Positions 12,796 through 27,415 are shown, counted from the first letter of the stretch. The stretch: DNA of 64,000 bases from Mobula hypostoma (GCF_963921235.1 NC_086097.1:162876001-162940000), one strand, 5' to 3'. Numbers and translations are program-made. The notes: generated by a model not told the origin, from the letters alone.

Positions 12796-14319
12796 CTGCG
12801 GATAATGTTTGTTAGCAGTTGGCAAATTGACCAAATCATACATAAGGAGAATGGCCTATTTTAATCTTAACTAAAAGGGATTTCCCAAACCTGGAGTTAA
12901 GAACATTATAGATACTAATTTCTGCTGTTTTAAGGGAAATGGTGTAAGTTTACACAACAGCAGAGTTACTGAAGATAAGGGGACACCATGAGTTAAAGTA
13001 TGATTTATTCAAATCACATCCCTACTAGGTCCATGGTCCACAGGTATTTACCATTTGAACTTCTAATGAGCAGGAAATGTTCAGAAACTGGAATTCACTG
13101 TGTGAACCTTCAATGTTGCAGGCATTATCAGGAATCAAATGCATTTTTTAGCTATCTTTACTGGTTGATAGATCAGATCTGGGAAATATTTAATGAAGAT
13201 TCAAGTACTTTGCAGACTTCGAAACCTTGCTGTAATATCCAGGGCATGATTTGCGTTCAGGAGAACCACGTCCTCTTCAGACTATAAAAGGCAACAATAA
13301 CTGCAGGCTAATGAAATTTCAATATAACTTTCCACTCCATTGCTAAATTCCACTGACAAGTCAGATGTTTTCCTACATTCTATAGAAAATCTTTTTTTTA
13401 AACTACAGTTTAGATGGCATGAAACTCTCCAACATGTGTCATGCTCTTTGTTCATATTAGCTGACTTAAAATTCCTGATAAGGGCTCAGTCTGTGTGAAT
13501 ATGTAAAATTTGCACTTCATACTTAAAAGTTCGTCCGAAATAAAAAGTAATTGGATTTCATTGAAATAGGTCCTTCAATCTTTTCCACTCCTCAATAACA
13601 TCACTTTCTCAACCTTGATACAACTGAACTAAGATGAATAACCAATTAGAACATTTTATTTGACTGAATCACCAATCTTTAAGGGAAAGTGGTCAAAATC
13701 TCCACCAGTTTTTGCACTAGTCTGTTAAGGATTTAAGCTTGTTCACCAGTGGTGAAATTTACACTCACCTGTAAATCGACGGCAAATCATCGCATCATAT
13801 TTAACTGAAGATCTTGCTACCTGCTTATTCTTTGTTCCATCTACATTTAAAGTGAAGTTTTGGTTGGATTCCTTTATTCAATTTAATACTTCTATTTGAC
13901 GTTAACCTCTTTTTAGGGAAGGGTAACTCACTCTTTGCTCCTTTAAGTTCTATGCTTATCATTGCACCAACCAGAATCACATTTCCTCACCACACAGAGT
14001 GAGATTATTTGACCCATCTTGCCGATGCTGTTTTTCTGAAGCAGTCCTATCAACCCTGCTACCCCGTAACCCATTCTCTCTCAGATAGTAGCCTTCAACT
14101 GCCCTTGGTTTTGTACGAACCACTGTTTTCATCAACCAATTAACCTGCCATTCAGATTGAGAATTAGTCAGGTAGTGTCAATGGGTTCAAGGACCATTCA
14201 GAAACCGTGGAGGGGAAGAAGCTATTCCTAAAATGTTGAGTGCGTGTCTTCAGACTGCTGTGCCTTCTCCATGCAGCAGTAATGAGAAGAGGGCATGTCC
14301 TGGGTAAGAGGGTAAGGGG

Positions 14320-14465
14320 GACATGGGAGGCAACTGAAGCAGTCGGGGGAACCCACATTGTCACAGGGAAAATATACAAACTCCACACAGACAGGGCAGG
14401 AGGCTGAGATTGAATGTGGACCCTTGGAATGCTGTGACAGCAGCACTACCTGCTGCACCGCTGTG
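14320..14465 (-). mobile_element. V-SINE (HE1-like) fragment
   Basis: Minus strand reads tgtgtggagtttgtatattttccctgtgacaatgtgggtt (V-domain-like) after a tRNA-like head. Confidence 0.6.
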
Positions 14466-14499
14466 TTTATGTGGGGGCCATTGCAATAATCCATGAGGA

Positions 14500-17400
14500 A
14501 CAGAATCAGAATCAGGTTCATTATCACCGGCATGTGTCATGAAATCTGTTAACTTAGCAGCAGCAGTACAATGCAATACATAATACAGAAAGGACAAAAA
14601 TAATTAAATCAAATTACAGTAAGTATATACATTTATATTAACTAGATTAAAAATAGTCCAAAAATAGAAATAATATACTTATAAAAAAGCCAGGTACTGT
14701 TCATGGGTTCAATGTCCATTTAGGAATTGGATGGCAGAGGGGAAGAAGCTGTTCTTGAATCGCTGAGTGTGTGCCTTCAGGCTTCTGTACCTCCTTCCTG
14801 ATGGTAATAGTGAGAAGAGAGCATGCCCTGGGTGATGGGGGTTCTTAATAATGGACATTACCTTTCTGAGGCACAGCTCCTTTCTTAGATACTACGGAGG
14901 CTAGTACCCAAGGTGGAGCTGACTAATTTTGCAACCTTCTGTAGCTTATTTTGGTCCTGTGCAGTAAGCTTCACCCCACCCCCATTCCAGACAGTGATGA
15001 AGCCTGTCAGAATGCTCTCCACACTGCATCTATAGAAGTTTGAGTGCTTCAGGTGACAAACCAAATCTCTTCAAGATCCTAATGAAATATAGCTGCTGTC
15101 TTGCCTGCTTTATAAATGCATCAATATGCTAGGACCAGGTTAGATTCGCAGAGATCGTGACAGCCAGGAACTTGAAGTTGCACACTCTCTCCACTTCTGA
15201 TCTCTCTTTGAGCACTGGTTCATGTTGCCATTCCTGAAGTCCACAGTCTGCTCTTCTGTCTTACTGACACTGAGTCCAAAGTTATTGCTGTGACACCACT
15301 CAACTAGCTGTTTTATCTCACTCTTGTACACCTTCTCATATCCATCTACGATTCTACCAACAATGGTAGATTCAGCAAATTTATAAATGGCACTTAGGCT
15401 ATACCTAGCCACACTGTCATGGGTATAGAGAGAGTAGAGCAGTGGACTAAGCACACACCTCTAAGGAGCGCCAGTGCTGATCATCAGCAAGGAAGAGATA
15501 TTATCACCAATCCACACAGATTGTGGTCTTCTGGTTAGGAAATTGAGGATCCAGTTGCAGAGGGAGGTACAGAAGCCCAGGTTCTGTAGCTTATTGATCA
15601 GGATTGTGGGAATGATGCTGTTAAACGCTGAGCTATAGTCAACAAACAGCATCATGAAATAGGTGTTTGTATTGACCAGGTGATCCAAGGCTGTGTGAAG
15701 AGCCATTGAGACTGCATCTGCTGTTGACTTATTGTGGTATTAGGCAAATTGCAGTGGGCCCAGGTCCTTGCTGAGGCATGAGTCATTTTAGCCATGACCA
15801 ACCTCTCAAAGTATTTCACCACCACAGATGTGAGCGCTAATGGGTGATCGTCATTAAGTCAGCTCTCACAACTCTTTTTAGGCACTGCTATCATTGCCAC
15901 CTTTTTGAAACAGGTGGGAACTTCTGACTGTAGCAGTGAGAGGTTGAAAATGTCCTTAAGTACTCCTGCCAGTTGGCTGGCACAAGTTTTCAGAGCCTTA
16001 CCAGGTACCTCATCTGGGCCTCCCACCTCCCACCCTCCTTAAAGATAGCCTGACATCGGCCCCCGAAACAGAGATCACAGGATCACCATGAATCTTCACA
16101 GCTGTAGTTATATTCTCCCTTTCAAAGCAGGCATAGAAGGTGTTCAGCTCATCTGGTATATATGCGATGTGTTTGCTTTGTAGGAAGTAATGTCCTGCAA
16201 ACCCTGCCAAGTTGATGTGCATCTGATGTCGTCTCCGACCTCTCTCGGAATAGTTTCTTCGCTCTTGAAATAGCTCTCTGCAAGTCACATCTGGTTTTCT
16301 TGCACAGGCCTGAGTTGCCAGACTTAAATGCCACAGATCTAGTCCTCAGCAGATGATGAACCTCCTGATTCATCCATGGCTTTGATTTGGGAATGTACAG
16401 CAAGTTTTTGTAGGTACACACTCATCCACACAGGTTTTAATGAAGTCGGTAACAACTGCGGCATACTCATCCAGATTTGAAGATGAATCCCTGAATACAA
16501 TCCAGTCCACTGATTCAAAGCAGTCCTGTAAGTGCTCCTGTGCTTCCCTTGTCCATATCTTCTTGGTCCTCACTAATGTTGCTGCAATCTGCTTTTACTT
16601 AGGAAGTAGAAGCACAGCCAAGTGATCAGACTTACTGAAGTTTGGGCGTGGAATAGCGTGGTAGGTATTGTTGATAGTGGTCCAATGTGTTGTTTCCTCT
16701 GGTACTACGAGTGATTTGTTGATGGTAGTTACTTAGTGACTTTTTCAATCTGGCCTGGTTAATCCCATGTTGATCCCATTGCTCAGATCATCTAGAGTCT
16801 GTTTGACATTGATGTGAGGTGGAATGTAATCGCTACCAAAACAATTGCAGAAATCTCCTGCTGCGAGTAAAATGGACAGCACTGAATTGCGAGATATTCC
16901 AGGTCTGGTGAGCGGAATTGGGACAACACCGATAGATTTGTGCATCAAGAGGAGTTGATCATGAGGCATACACCTCCACCTCTGCCTTTGAGTGACTTGA
17001 TAGTCCTATCTTGACAGTGACAGTGAACCCGTCAATCTGACTTGCTGCTACGGAAGGGATTAACCAAGATTCCGTGGAACAAAGGACACAAGTGGTCCTA
17101 ATGTCCCTCTGATGCAGCTCCCTAACTCTGAGATCTTTGATTTTATTTACTAGAGACAGTAAGATAGTTGGTGTTGGGAATCGAAAAACTCATTTTCTTA
17201 AATGCACCTGTCTCCCTGACTGGCAGCCACGTTTCCTACAAGGAAGTTTCTTCCAGTGACGAGCACGGCCACAACCAGTGTTGTTTCCATTGGTTTTCAA
17301 CAGTGCTAGATTAAGACATCTTTATTATCTGTACAGACCTTGGAAGCAGTTGTGATTCTCAGCTGTATCTGGCTGAAACAGGAATATTTTAATTGTATCC
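14500..17400 (-). mobile_element. Degenerate near full-length Rex1/Babar LINE
   Basis: ORF pieces [38 protein letters not shown] and LQDCFESVDW; (TTCTGA)n tail at ~14500. Confidence 0.88.
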
Positions 17401-18069
17401 ATCCAGCTGTGCTGCTCGAGATTACTTTCAAGGTGCCCCGGAAGTAATACCCATCACACCATGTCAGCACAGCCATCGCCCTATCACTTTACCTCAAATC
17501 ACTGGCTCTTCCCTGACAGCAGATTACCCAGTATGTCACAAGTATTACCTCCCACTCTCTGCACATTTTAATTTTGCTAATAATTTTATTTGCCAGACCT
17601 TATCAGGGAAAGCATACCCTCAATTATGGGAACAAAGTCCATACAATTAGTAAACAATTATAACCAGTTCACTGGTTATTTGAACAAAGAAGTTCTAATT
17701 ATGGATGTGTTAATTGTTGGTTTCTTTCTCTTGCCTGGAAGTGATTTACAAAGGTACGTGTTTACAGATTCAATGTAGGCTGATAGTACATTGATTTAAA
17801 GGTTCCAGCAGGACAACATAAATCTGGAGTATAAGGCTTATCTGTACTTCTCAATTCTAAAATCAAAAGCATATTTCAATGCCATTTTTGTGCCCCATAC
17901 CAACTGAACTTGGGAATACAGCCATTCCTTGATTTACAAAAGAGACTGCTTCCTGTAAAATATTTAACCGATCAAATATTTGTAAATGGAATAGGCTGAG
18001 CAAAATGTATTATTGTCATTTCAGTGAAATAAGTTCCTGTGCTTGGAGACTGGGACAGTTTTTCTTAAA

Positions 18070-18310
18070 AGGAAAAGCTTTGTAAATCGTAGAGTACAGG
18101 AACAGCACCTGGACAGGCCCACTGGCCCACCAACTCTACACTGACAATGATGATAGCTAATTCTCTCCATTTACAATGATGATAACTAATTCCATCTGCC
18201 TGCACATATCCCACTATTCCCTTGCTGCCTAAATACCTCCTAAGTGTTGCTATCGTATCTGCATCGACCACCTCCCCCAGGAGAATGGTCAAGGCACTTA
18301 TCATTCACTG
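18070..18310 (-). mobile_element. Old CR1 3'-end fragment
   Basis: EVVDADTIATLRRYL remnant, plus a 3' hairpin/tail region (agagtacaggaacagcacctggacaggccc). Confidence 0.6.
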
Positions 18311-18667
18311 CCATTGACCTTGTACAGTATATCACCAACTTATTGGATAATGAAAATTAAATCGGAAATTTGCCCTCCCAAAATCCACAAATCACTACTA
18401 AATTATTTGAGATACAATTTACAAAATTTGCTCTTATGGAATTTGTGTGAGTAAAGTAGTAAATAACAATAAATATGAAGCAAAAAAAAATAGAATTACT
18501 TAACAAGGTCACTTTAGGGAAAATTGGAATATAGACAGTTTTCTAGAAATCCAACACCTCACACTTGTCTGGATTAAACTCCAGCTGCTATCTCTTCTGC
18601 CCATGTCAGAGAAACACCCCTCCACCATTACCATTTGTATTCTATGTCCAGGCTAATTTTGCACCAA

Positions 18668-19165
18668 CCAACACACACAAGATGCTGGAGGAACTCAGCA
18701 GGCCAGGCAGCATCTATGGAAAAGAGTAAACTGTCAACATTTTGGGCTGAGACCCATGTATAGGGACGAAGGTAAGTGTTTAGCTCCTTGAGATGGTTTT
18801 ACTATTCAAGATCATAACTGATCTGCACCATAACTCTATATGCCTGCCCCTTCGAGTAAAATATTATTGGCACATAAATATCTCTCAATTTTAGACATGA
18901 AATTATTGAGAAAAGCATCATTTATTTGTAGAAGAAAGTTCCACACTTCTAGTATGGGATGCAGAAACATTTCCTAATTTGAATGAGTAATAAAATGACC
19001 TGCTGGAGGAGCTCATTGGGGCGAACAGGATCTGTGGAGTAAAGGGTTAATGCAGGGGCTTGACCTGAAACATTTGACAGTCTCTCTTCCCTTCACAAAT
19101 GCTATTCAACTCACTGAGTTCCTACAGATCGACTATTGCTCCAGGTCTGCATCTGCAGAGTGATG
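18668..19165. repeat. Two degenerate Penelope-like terminal repeat remnants (18668-18755 minus; 19000-19165 inverted pair)
   Basis: acacacacaagatgctggaggaactcagcaggccaggcagcatct matches the family end. Confidence 0.6.
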
Positions 19166-19339
19166 TGCCTCCAAGTTGTAAGTTTAGACTATAGTTTCTG
19201 ATTGTAGTTCCTTTAACCTGTGCAGCATCAGCTCTGCAAGTACTGTATCTCACCAGATCATCTTGAAAACTTCTTTCCAATTATTACTTGACCCAGTAAA
19301 TCCCAGGGAATACAACTGTTATCTGTACACGTCAGAAAC

Positions 19340-21080
19340 AGAATGCAATACCCAGGTACTATTTCAGGTACAATCAGAAAACAATTCCAGCTGAGGTTAG
19401 AGATGGAATTGGATGCACATCAGCTCTGGCAGGCCATTACAAAAGCAAAATCTAACATCATGAATGACAACGTTGCTTCAATGCCTTTTATGCATGCTTT
19501 GAAAGGGAGAATAAATCTACGTCTATGTAAATCCCTGCAGTATCTGGTGACCCTGTGATCTCTGTCTCAGAGTCTAACATCAGAACATCTTTCAAGATGG
19601 TGAACCCTTGCAAGACGTCAAACTTTGATGGTGTACCTGGTAGGGATCTGAAAATCCACGCCAACCAACTGGGGGGAGTGTTTAAGGACATCTTCAATAA
19701 CTTGCTGCTGCAGTCAGAGATTCCCACCTGCTTCAAACGGGCAACAATCGTGCCCAAGAAGAGCAGGGTGAGCTGCCTCAACCACCATCACCAAGTGGCA
19801 CACATGTACTGTCATGCAGTGCTTTGAGAGGTTGGTCATGGCTAGAATGAACTCCAGCCTAAGCAAGGACCTGGACCCACTGCAAATTGCCTATCACCAC
19901 AGTAAGCCTACAGTGGATGCAATCTCACTAGCTCTCCACTTGGCCTTGGATCACCTGGACAATAGTAATACTTACATCAGACTGCTGTTTATTGACTACA
20001 GCTCAGCATTCAACATAATCATTATCATCAATTCTAATCAAAAAGTTCTAAACCTTGGGTCTCTGTACTTCCCTCTGCAACCAGACCTTTGACTTCCTTA
20101 CCGAGAGACCACAGTCTGCGCAGATAGAAAATAACGTTTCCTCGTTGCTGACGGTCAACATTGGCACACCTCAAGGATGTATGTTTAGCCCACTGCTCTA
20201 CTCTCTCTATACCCATGACTGTGTGGCTAGGCGCAGCTCAAACATCATCTATAAATTTGCAGATGACACAACTATTATTGGCAGAATTTCAGATGGTGAC
20301 GAGGAAGCTTACAGGAGTGAGATACATAAATCAGATGGTTGAGTGGTGTCGCAGCAAAGTCATTGCATTCAATGTCAGTAAAACCAAGGAAATAATTGTG
20401 GACTTCAGGAAGGGCAAGTCAAGGGAACACAGATCAGTCCTCATTGAGGGATTTGAAGTGGAAAGGGTGAGCAGTTTCAAGTTCCTGGGTGTCAGCATCT
20501 CCGAGAATCTAACCTGGGCTCAACATATTGATGCAATTACAAATAAGGCACAACAGGGGCTACATTTCATTACGAGTTTAAGGAGAATTGGTATGTCACC
20601 AAAGACACTCAAAAATTTCTACAGATGTATCATGCAGAGCATTCTAACTGGTTGCTCAGGATTGGAAATAAATGCAGAAAGTTGTACATTCAGCCAGCTC
20701 CATCATGGGCACTAGTCTCCCTAGCATCCAGGATAGTTTTGAAAGATGATGCCTCAAAAAGGCAGCATCCATCATTAAGGACCCTCATCACCCAGATCAT
20801 GCCCTCTTCTCACTTCTATCATCAAGGAGGAAATATAGGAGCCTGAAGACACACATTCAATGTTTTAGGAACAGCTTCTTCCCCTCCGCTATCAGATTTC
20901 TGAATGAACAATGAACCCGTGAACACTTCCTCAACATTTCCCTCTCTTTTTGCACTACTTATTGAATTTATATTTTTACATACATTGTTTTTACATTGTC
21001 ATTACTACGTGTTGCACTGTACTGCTGCTGCAAAACAACAAATCTCATGGCATGTGCCAGTGACATTAATCCTGATTCTG
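19340..21080 (+). mobile_element. 5'-truncated Rex1/Babar LINE (RT + 3' UTR)
   Basis: [62 protein letters not shown]; ends cctgattctga. Confidence 0.92.
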
Positions 21081-21167
21081 AGGCAGATAGTGTTGGTGAA
21101 CTACTTTAATTCCTGTGACAACATGATGGTCTATAGGTTCCTATATTTCTGAACAGTTCTCTTCTAC

Positions 21168-21378
21168 CTTGAGCTCTGCCAAGTTGCTTGAGATGCTGTG
21201 GAGAAGCCAGTTAGTTTCATTGGTGCTGTGACGTGCTTCATTCACCAGGTTCTGTGCTTCATGCAACTTCTTGCTATGCTGCATCAACACGTCCATTATT
21301 TGGTTTCTGCTTTGCCCCAATTCTTTATAAGGTTTCTGAAATTCCTTCTGCACCTGCATCAGCAGTCTTTCCGCAGCC
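21168..21378 (-). CDS. LAMA1: LAMA1 exon, 211 nt: AAERLLMQVQKEFQKPYKEL...ISSNLAELK
   Basis: Acceptor aacctag, donor gtagaa; lies within ORF 21141..21491; phase 2 to 0. Confidence 0.92.
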
Positions 21379-22009
21379 CTAGGTTCATAGGTGGGACAAA
21401 ATGATGGAAACTGATAAATGTCACGTTGGACATAATCGTCCGCAGGTATAGTATTACAGACTCTAAAACGCAGTAAACAGTCCACTATCAATAATTATTG
21501 TCCTAATGCACAAACTATATGGGGAACTATGTATTCTCATGTACTCTAAGACCAAATCTACAGGGCGTCAAGGATGCAGGGATGACTCCAGATGAAAAAT
21601 GTTCAATCAAACCACTGCAGTGTTGTGGAGAATAACCCAGAAAAAGTAATTATCATGTTTTGCTCTGGAAAAAGAAATCAATTTTCAATTCAGTAAGCCT
21701 GATTAAAAAAAGTGCCATGAGTTTTTATAGCTTGATTTGGAGGAACCCGCCCACCAGTTTGAAATCCAAAGTATTATTTGGAAGGAAGCCAGGCCTTGCT
21801 CGATATTCACTTGTCAAGCAAGATTAGAAAAGCCCACGTAGCAAAAGACTGTTATTCCGAAGCAACAGAATGCTAGAAACACAGGAGGAGTGCAGGTAGG
21901 AAAGCAAATCCCTCCTGGAATTGACATACAGCATACTATAAATTGGGGTGTCCCTGAAATAAAGCCATTGCCACTCCTTCATTTATTTATTTGTAATTGT
22001 TTGGAAATA

Positions 22010-24470
22010 CAAAGTTCAGAGTTCAAAGTAAATTTATTATCAAAATACATATATGTCACCATATACATCCCTGAGATTCATTTTCTTGCAGGCATTCACA
22101 GTAAGTACAAGAAACAATAGAATCAATGAGATACCCAACCAATGTGCAGAAGACACTAAACTGTGGAAATACAAAAACAACAACAATAATAATAATAAAA
22201 AATAATAAATAAGCAATAGGTATTGAGATAATGGGTAAAGAGTCCTAGAAAGTGAGTCTATTGGTTGTGGAAACAGCTCAGTGATAGGGTGAGCGAAATT
22301 GTGTGAAGTTATACCCTCTGTTTCAAGAGCCTGATGGTTGAGAGATCATAACTGTTCCTAAACCTGGTGGTATGGGTCATGGGTCATGAGGCTCCTGTAA
22401 CTTCTTCCTGATGGCAGTAGTGAGAAGACGGCATAGCCTGGATAGTGGAGGTCCCTGATGATGGACGTTGCTTTCCAGCGACAACACTCCATGTAGATAT
22501 GGTCAATGGCAGGGAGGGCTTTACCCGTGATGGACTGGGCCCTATTCAATAACTTTTGTATGCTTTTCCATTAGAAGGCATTGGTGTTTCCATACCAGGC
22601 CATGATGACAGCAGTCAATATACTCTCCACCACACATCTATAGAAGTTTTAGACGACATGCCGAATTGTCACAAACTTCTAAGAAAGTAGAGGTGCTTTC
22701 TTCATAATGACACTTACGTGCTGAAACCAGGACAGTTCCATTGAAAAGAATGCACCAAGGAATCCGAAGTTGGTCATCCTCTCCACCTCTGATCCCCTGA
22801 AGGACTGGCTCGTGGATCACTGGTTTCCTCCTCCTGCAGTCAATAATCAGCTCCTTGGTCTCGCTGGCACTGAGTGAAAGATTGCCCTTGTGGCACCACT
22901 CAGCAGATTTTCAATCTCCCTCCTAAGTGCAGATTCATCACCACCTTTGATTCGGCTAATGACAGTGATATCTCAGCAAACTTAAACATGGCATTGGAGC
23001 TGTGCTTAGCCACACTCATGAGCTTAACGGTAGCAGAGCAGGGGACGAAGCACACAGCCTTGTGGTGCACCTGTGCTGATGGAGATTGTGGAAGTGATTT
23101 TGTTGCCAATCCAATCTGACTGGGTTCTGCAAATGAGAAAATTGAGGATCCAATTGCACAAGGAGGTATTGAGGCCAAGGTTATGATTAGTTTTGTGGGA
23201 ATGACAGTAATGAATGCTGAGCTATAGTCGATAAAGAGCATCCTGACGTACGCATCTTTGCTGTCCAGATATTCCACGATATTGAGTGAAGCGCCTATGA
23301 AAAGGCATTCGTTGTTGATCTGTTGTGACGGTACACAAATTGGAGTGGTTCCAAATCACTTCTTAAGCAGGAGTTAGACTATAAGACATAGGAGCAGAAT
23401 TAGGCCATTCAGCCTATTCAGTCTTCTCTGACAGTTGTTATGTTTCATCACCAACCTTACATCAGTGGATGTGAGTGCTAAAGATGATAGTCTTTGAGAC
23501 GGTTTACCATGTTCTTCCTAGGCAGCAGAATATTTGAAGCCTGCTTGAAGCAGGTGTGTACCTCAGACTGGTCAAGCAAGATTTTAATGATATCAGGGAA
23601 CACTCCAGATAATTGATCAGCAGAGGCCCTTTTGGTACTTGGCCAGGCACCCCGCCTGGACTGTACGCCTTCTGTGGGTTCACCCTCCTGAAGGGTGCTC
23701 TCACGTTGGCCTCAGACTCTGAAATCTCATAGTCATTGGGGAGTGTGGGTTTTCATGAAGGTGCCCCTATGTTTTGAAGGTCAAAGCGAGCATAGAAAGC
23801 ACTGAGTTCATCTGGGAGCGAAGTCACCTGCATTGCTTGGTTTCACTTTGCAGGAGGTGCTAGCATTGAAACCCTGCCGCAGCTGTCCAGCATCCTTCAG
23901 TGATTCAAGTTTAGTCTGGAATTGCCACTTCACCTGTGAGATGGCTTTCTGGAAGATCGTACCTGTTCCTCTTGTACTTTACTTGGTCACCAGACCTGAA
24001 TGCCACTGATCTGGCCTCCAGCAGATAGTCTACGTCATGGTTCATTCAGGGCGTCTGGCTGGGGAAGACTCTGAATGATTTTGTGGGGACACTCTCGTCT
24101 ACAACTGTTTTTATAAAATCCATGACAACCATGTTGTATTCGTTCATATTTTCTGATGAGTCCTTGAACATGGCCCACTCCACTGACTCAAAGCAATCCC
24201 AGTAGCTGCTCCTCCCTACCCATGACCACCTCTTTGTTGCCCTTATCTCTGGAGCCTTGCTCTTTAGTTTCTGCCTGTACACAGGCAAGTGGAGGAGAAC
24301 CAAGTGATCAGATTTCCCAAAATGCATTCTAGGCATGGAATGGTAGGCACTCCTAATCACAGTATAGCAATGGTTGAGCGTGTTGTGTCCCCTGGTGCTA
24401 CAGGTTACATGTTGATGATAACTGGGCAGCAATTTCTTCACACAAGCCTGGCTGAAGTCCCCCGACAATG
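22010..24470 (-). mobile_element. Degenerate Rex1/Babar LINE
   Basis: [12 protein letters not shown] (22900..23277); TRGHNTLNHCY and FGKSDHL (24046..24519); repeat tail at ~22010-22030. Confidence 0.88.
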
Positions 24471-24700
24471 ATGCAGCATGGTAACAGGCCCTTCTGGCCC
24501 TTAAACCGACACCACCCAATTACACCGATGTGACCAATTAATCTACGAAACTGTATGCCTTTAGCATGCAGGTGAAAACCTGAGCACCTGGAGGAAACCA
24601 TGGGAGAATATACAAATTCCTTACAGACAATGGCGGAATTGAACCAGTTTTTCTGGTGCTGTAATAGTGTTACGCTAACAGCTAAGCTACCATGCTGCCC
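24470..24700 (-). mobile_element. V-SINE (HE1-like)
   Basis: ctgagcacctggaggaaaccatgggagaatatacaaa is the reverse complement of a V-domain; CR1-like 3' end aacaggcccttctggccc. Confidence 0.65.
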
Positions 24701-25229
24701 CGCCCTTATTTCATGTTTTCTTTGAAACACTCAGTAGGGTTCTGCTCTGAAGTGACCGATCATGATATGCATGAGACTCCTGCAGGTGGTTCAAACACAG
24801 GAACTTGCAATTCTGAGACAAGATTGCACCCAGTGGAATCGAGGCTAGCACATCAAACATAGTACATTCGAAACTCTGGAAGAGTTGAACTCTTGGTCAA
24901 TTCTCAACACACAAGGCAAATTAATCAGTCATGTGGAAGAACAAATGCACAAACTTACAATGCACACTTGGTGACCTTGCAAACCTATTCCTACATGACT
25001 ATACTGCCAAGGTTTTAGAAGTGGAATTTAATGATGAAGATAAAAAAAAACTGTGCTGAAAACGGATGTGTGGTATGCAGCACACCAGGAGCACTAGTTC
25101 TGTTGAAGCTATCTCTGCAGAGGGCTCCAAGGAGCCCTGATAAAGGTCACTGGTCAGGCAACAGGAAGGCTCAGCTCAGTCATATTAGAGTGCTGAAGTC
25201 TATGTACAAGGGAGAGGAATGTCATCAGA

Positions 25230-25475
25230 GTTCATTCTGGAGGTTAATTCCGGCACTATTCTCTAAGCATGCTCTGTACATCCTCCCTGTGGAAGCCGTG
25301 AATTTTCCTCAGTGCTCCAGTTTTTCCCACAGTCTAAATACGTACCCTGTAGGTTAACTGGTCATTGTAAATTGCCCCATTATTAGGTTTTGGTTAATTG
25401 TGATTGTGGGGTTGCTGGGGCAGTGTGGCTCAGAGGTCCGAAAAGGCCTGCTCAACACTGTATCGCTCAGTAAAA
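25230..25475 (+). mobile_element. V-SINE (HE1-like)
   Basis: tttcctcagtgctccagtttttcccacagtctaaa...ggttaactggtcattgtaaattgccc. Confidence 0.65.
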
Positions 25476-25859
25476 GAACATTCTACAAGTTAGTACAGGA
25501 TTGGTGTAAAACTGAGTAGTTGATGGCTGGTGTGAACCCTGTGAGCTAAAGAATCCATTTACAACTTACATCTTCTCTCTGACTCTTGTCCCAAATTCTA
25601 ATCTGTGTCCCATGGTCTGTGATGTATCCACCAATGGGAACAGTTTCCCTCTCTTTATCCTAATTAAACCCATTCTAATCCTATGCACCCCTACCAAATC
25701 TTTTTTAACCATTTTTTCCTCAAAGGAAAACAACCCAGTCTGACAATGTAGCTGAAATACTTGTAAACACTCCTGTGAAAGTTTATTCTTGTTTTGCCTC
25801 TTTGATTCAATGAGCTTTAATGTCAAGTCCATTCTCTCTTATGTCAGTGAACACTTGGA

Positions 25860-26010
25860 GTTCAGCTTCTCTGCTGCATCTTGATAATTGAGGTTTGGAG
25901 TGACCTTAATTCTGGAGTGGACATGATGTCGGTTGAATGGCTTTCCATTCATTCTGTATATTTGTTCAACTCCAGTGAGGAGCTTGAGACACTCATGGTG
26001 ATAAGCAAAT
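25860..26010 (-). mobile_element. RTE-clade LINE RT remnant
   Basis: QIYRMNGKPFNRHHVHSRIKV resembles the RTE motif YRxDGxLFNLRRLxAKTKV. Confidence 0.5.
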
Positions 26011-26034
26011 TTGGGAACCTTATCTTGCATAAAA

Positions 26035-27230
26035 CCACAGACCATACAGCAGAGGAGCAGAATTTCGCCATTTGGGCCACTGAGTTACTCCATCACTTCA
26101 TCATGACTGACCCATCATCATCCTCAACCCCATTTTCCTGCCTTATCCCTGATATCTTTGATGACCTGATTAGTCAAGAACCTATCAATTTTCACCTTCC
26201 AATTACTTTGCCTGCACAGCTATCAGTAGCAATGAATTTCCATAGATTCACCATCCCCTAGCTAAAGAAATTTCATCTCATCTCTGTTCTAAATGGACAT
26301 TTCACAATTCTGAGGCTGTGCCTTCTAGACTCCCCTACTACGGGAAACATCCTCTCCACACCCACTCTATCCAGACCTTTCAATATTTGATGCTTCAGTG
26401 AGATCTCCCTCATCCTTCTAAACTCCAGCAGGTACAGACCCAGAGCCATCAAACACTCCTGGGATCACTCTCATAAACCTCCTCTGGACCCTCTCCAATG
26501 CCAGCACATCTTTTCTTAGAAAAGGGGCCTAAAACTGCTCACACAATATTAAAAGTGCAGTCTGACCAATGCCTTATGAAGCCTTGGCATTATATCCTTA
26601 CTTTTGTACTCTAGTCCTCTTTAAAATGAATACTAACATTGCATTTACCTTCCCTATTGCCGACTCAACCTGCAAGTTAACCTTTAGGGCATCCAGCACG
26701 AGGACTTCCACGTCCATCTGCACCTCTGATTTTTGAATTTTCTCCCCTTTTAGAAAATAGTCCACACCTTTATTCCTTCTGTCAAAGTGCATGATCATGC
26801 ATTTCCCACATTATATTCCATCTGCATCTTCTTTCCTCATTCCCCCAATCAGTCCAAGGCCTGCTTCAGAAAACCTGCTTCCACTGCCAGCCAGCCCCTC
26901 CACCTACCTTCATATCATCTGCAAGCTTGGCCACAAAGATATCAATTCCTTCATCCAAATCATTGACATACGATGTGAAAGGAAGCAGTCCCAACACTGA
27001 CCCCTGCAGCACACCACTAGATACCGGCAGCCAACCAGTAAAGGCCCCCTTTATTTTCACTCTTTGGCTCCTGCCAGTCAGCCTATCTTCTCTCCATCCT
27101 GGCTCTCCTTTGTCTATTCTGCCTGTTATTTCCTCAAAGAAATCCATCAGATTTGTCAGGCAAGGTTCCCCTTTAGAAACCCATGTTGACTATAGCCTAT
27201 TTTATCAGTGCCTCCTTATCCATATCTGAA
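26035..27230 (-). mobile_element. CR1 3' portion
   Basis: SGVLQGSVLG and YVNDLDEG...KLADDMK (26866..27147); CR1-type 3' end at ~26035-26080. Confidence 0.85.
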
Positions 27231-27338
27231 CCCTGGAAAACTTCCACCATCCTTCTATATGAAAAGCGAATATTTCTGACTGCCTTATAAGGAAAAGCAG
27301 AGGAATTTCTTAACAATGCTGTTAGTGAACCTTTAGAT

Positions 27339-27415
27339 CAGGGGTTCACTACCTGGGTCCATGGACCTCTCAGTCAATGGTAAGGCCCCATGTAAAAAAA
27401 CATTGGGAGTCCCTG
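27339..27415. mobile_element. hAT (Charlie-like) MITE, 77 bp
   Basis: CAGGGG...CCCTG ends; perfect 8-bp TSD CTTTAGAT (27331-27338, 27416-27423). Confidence 0.85.
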
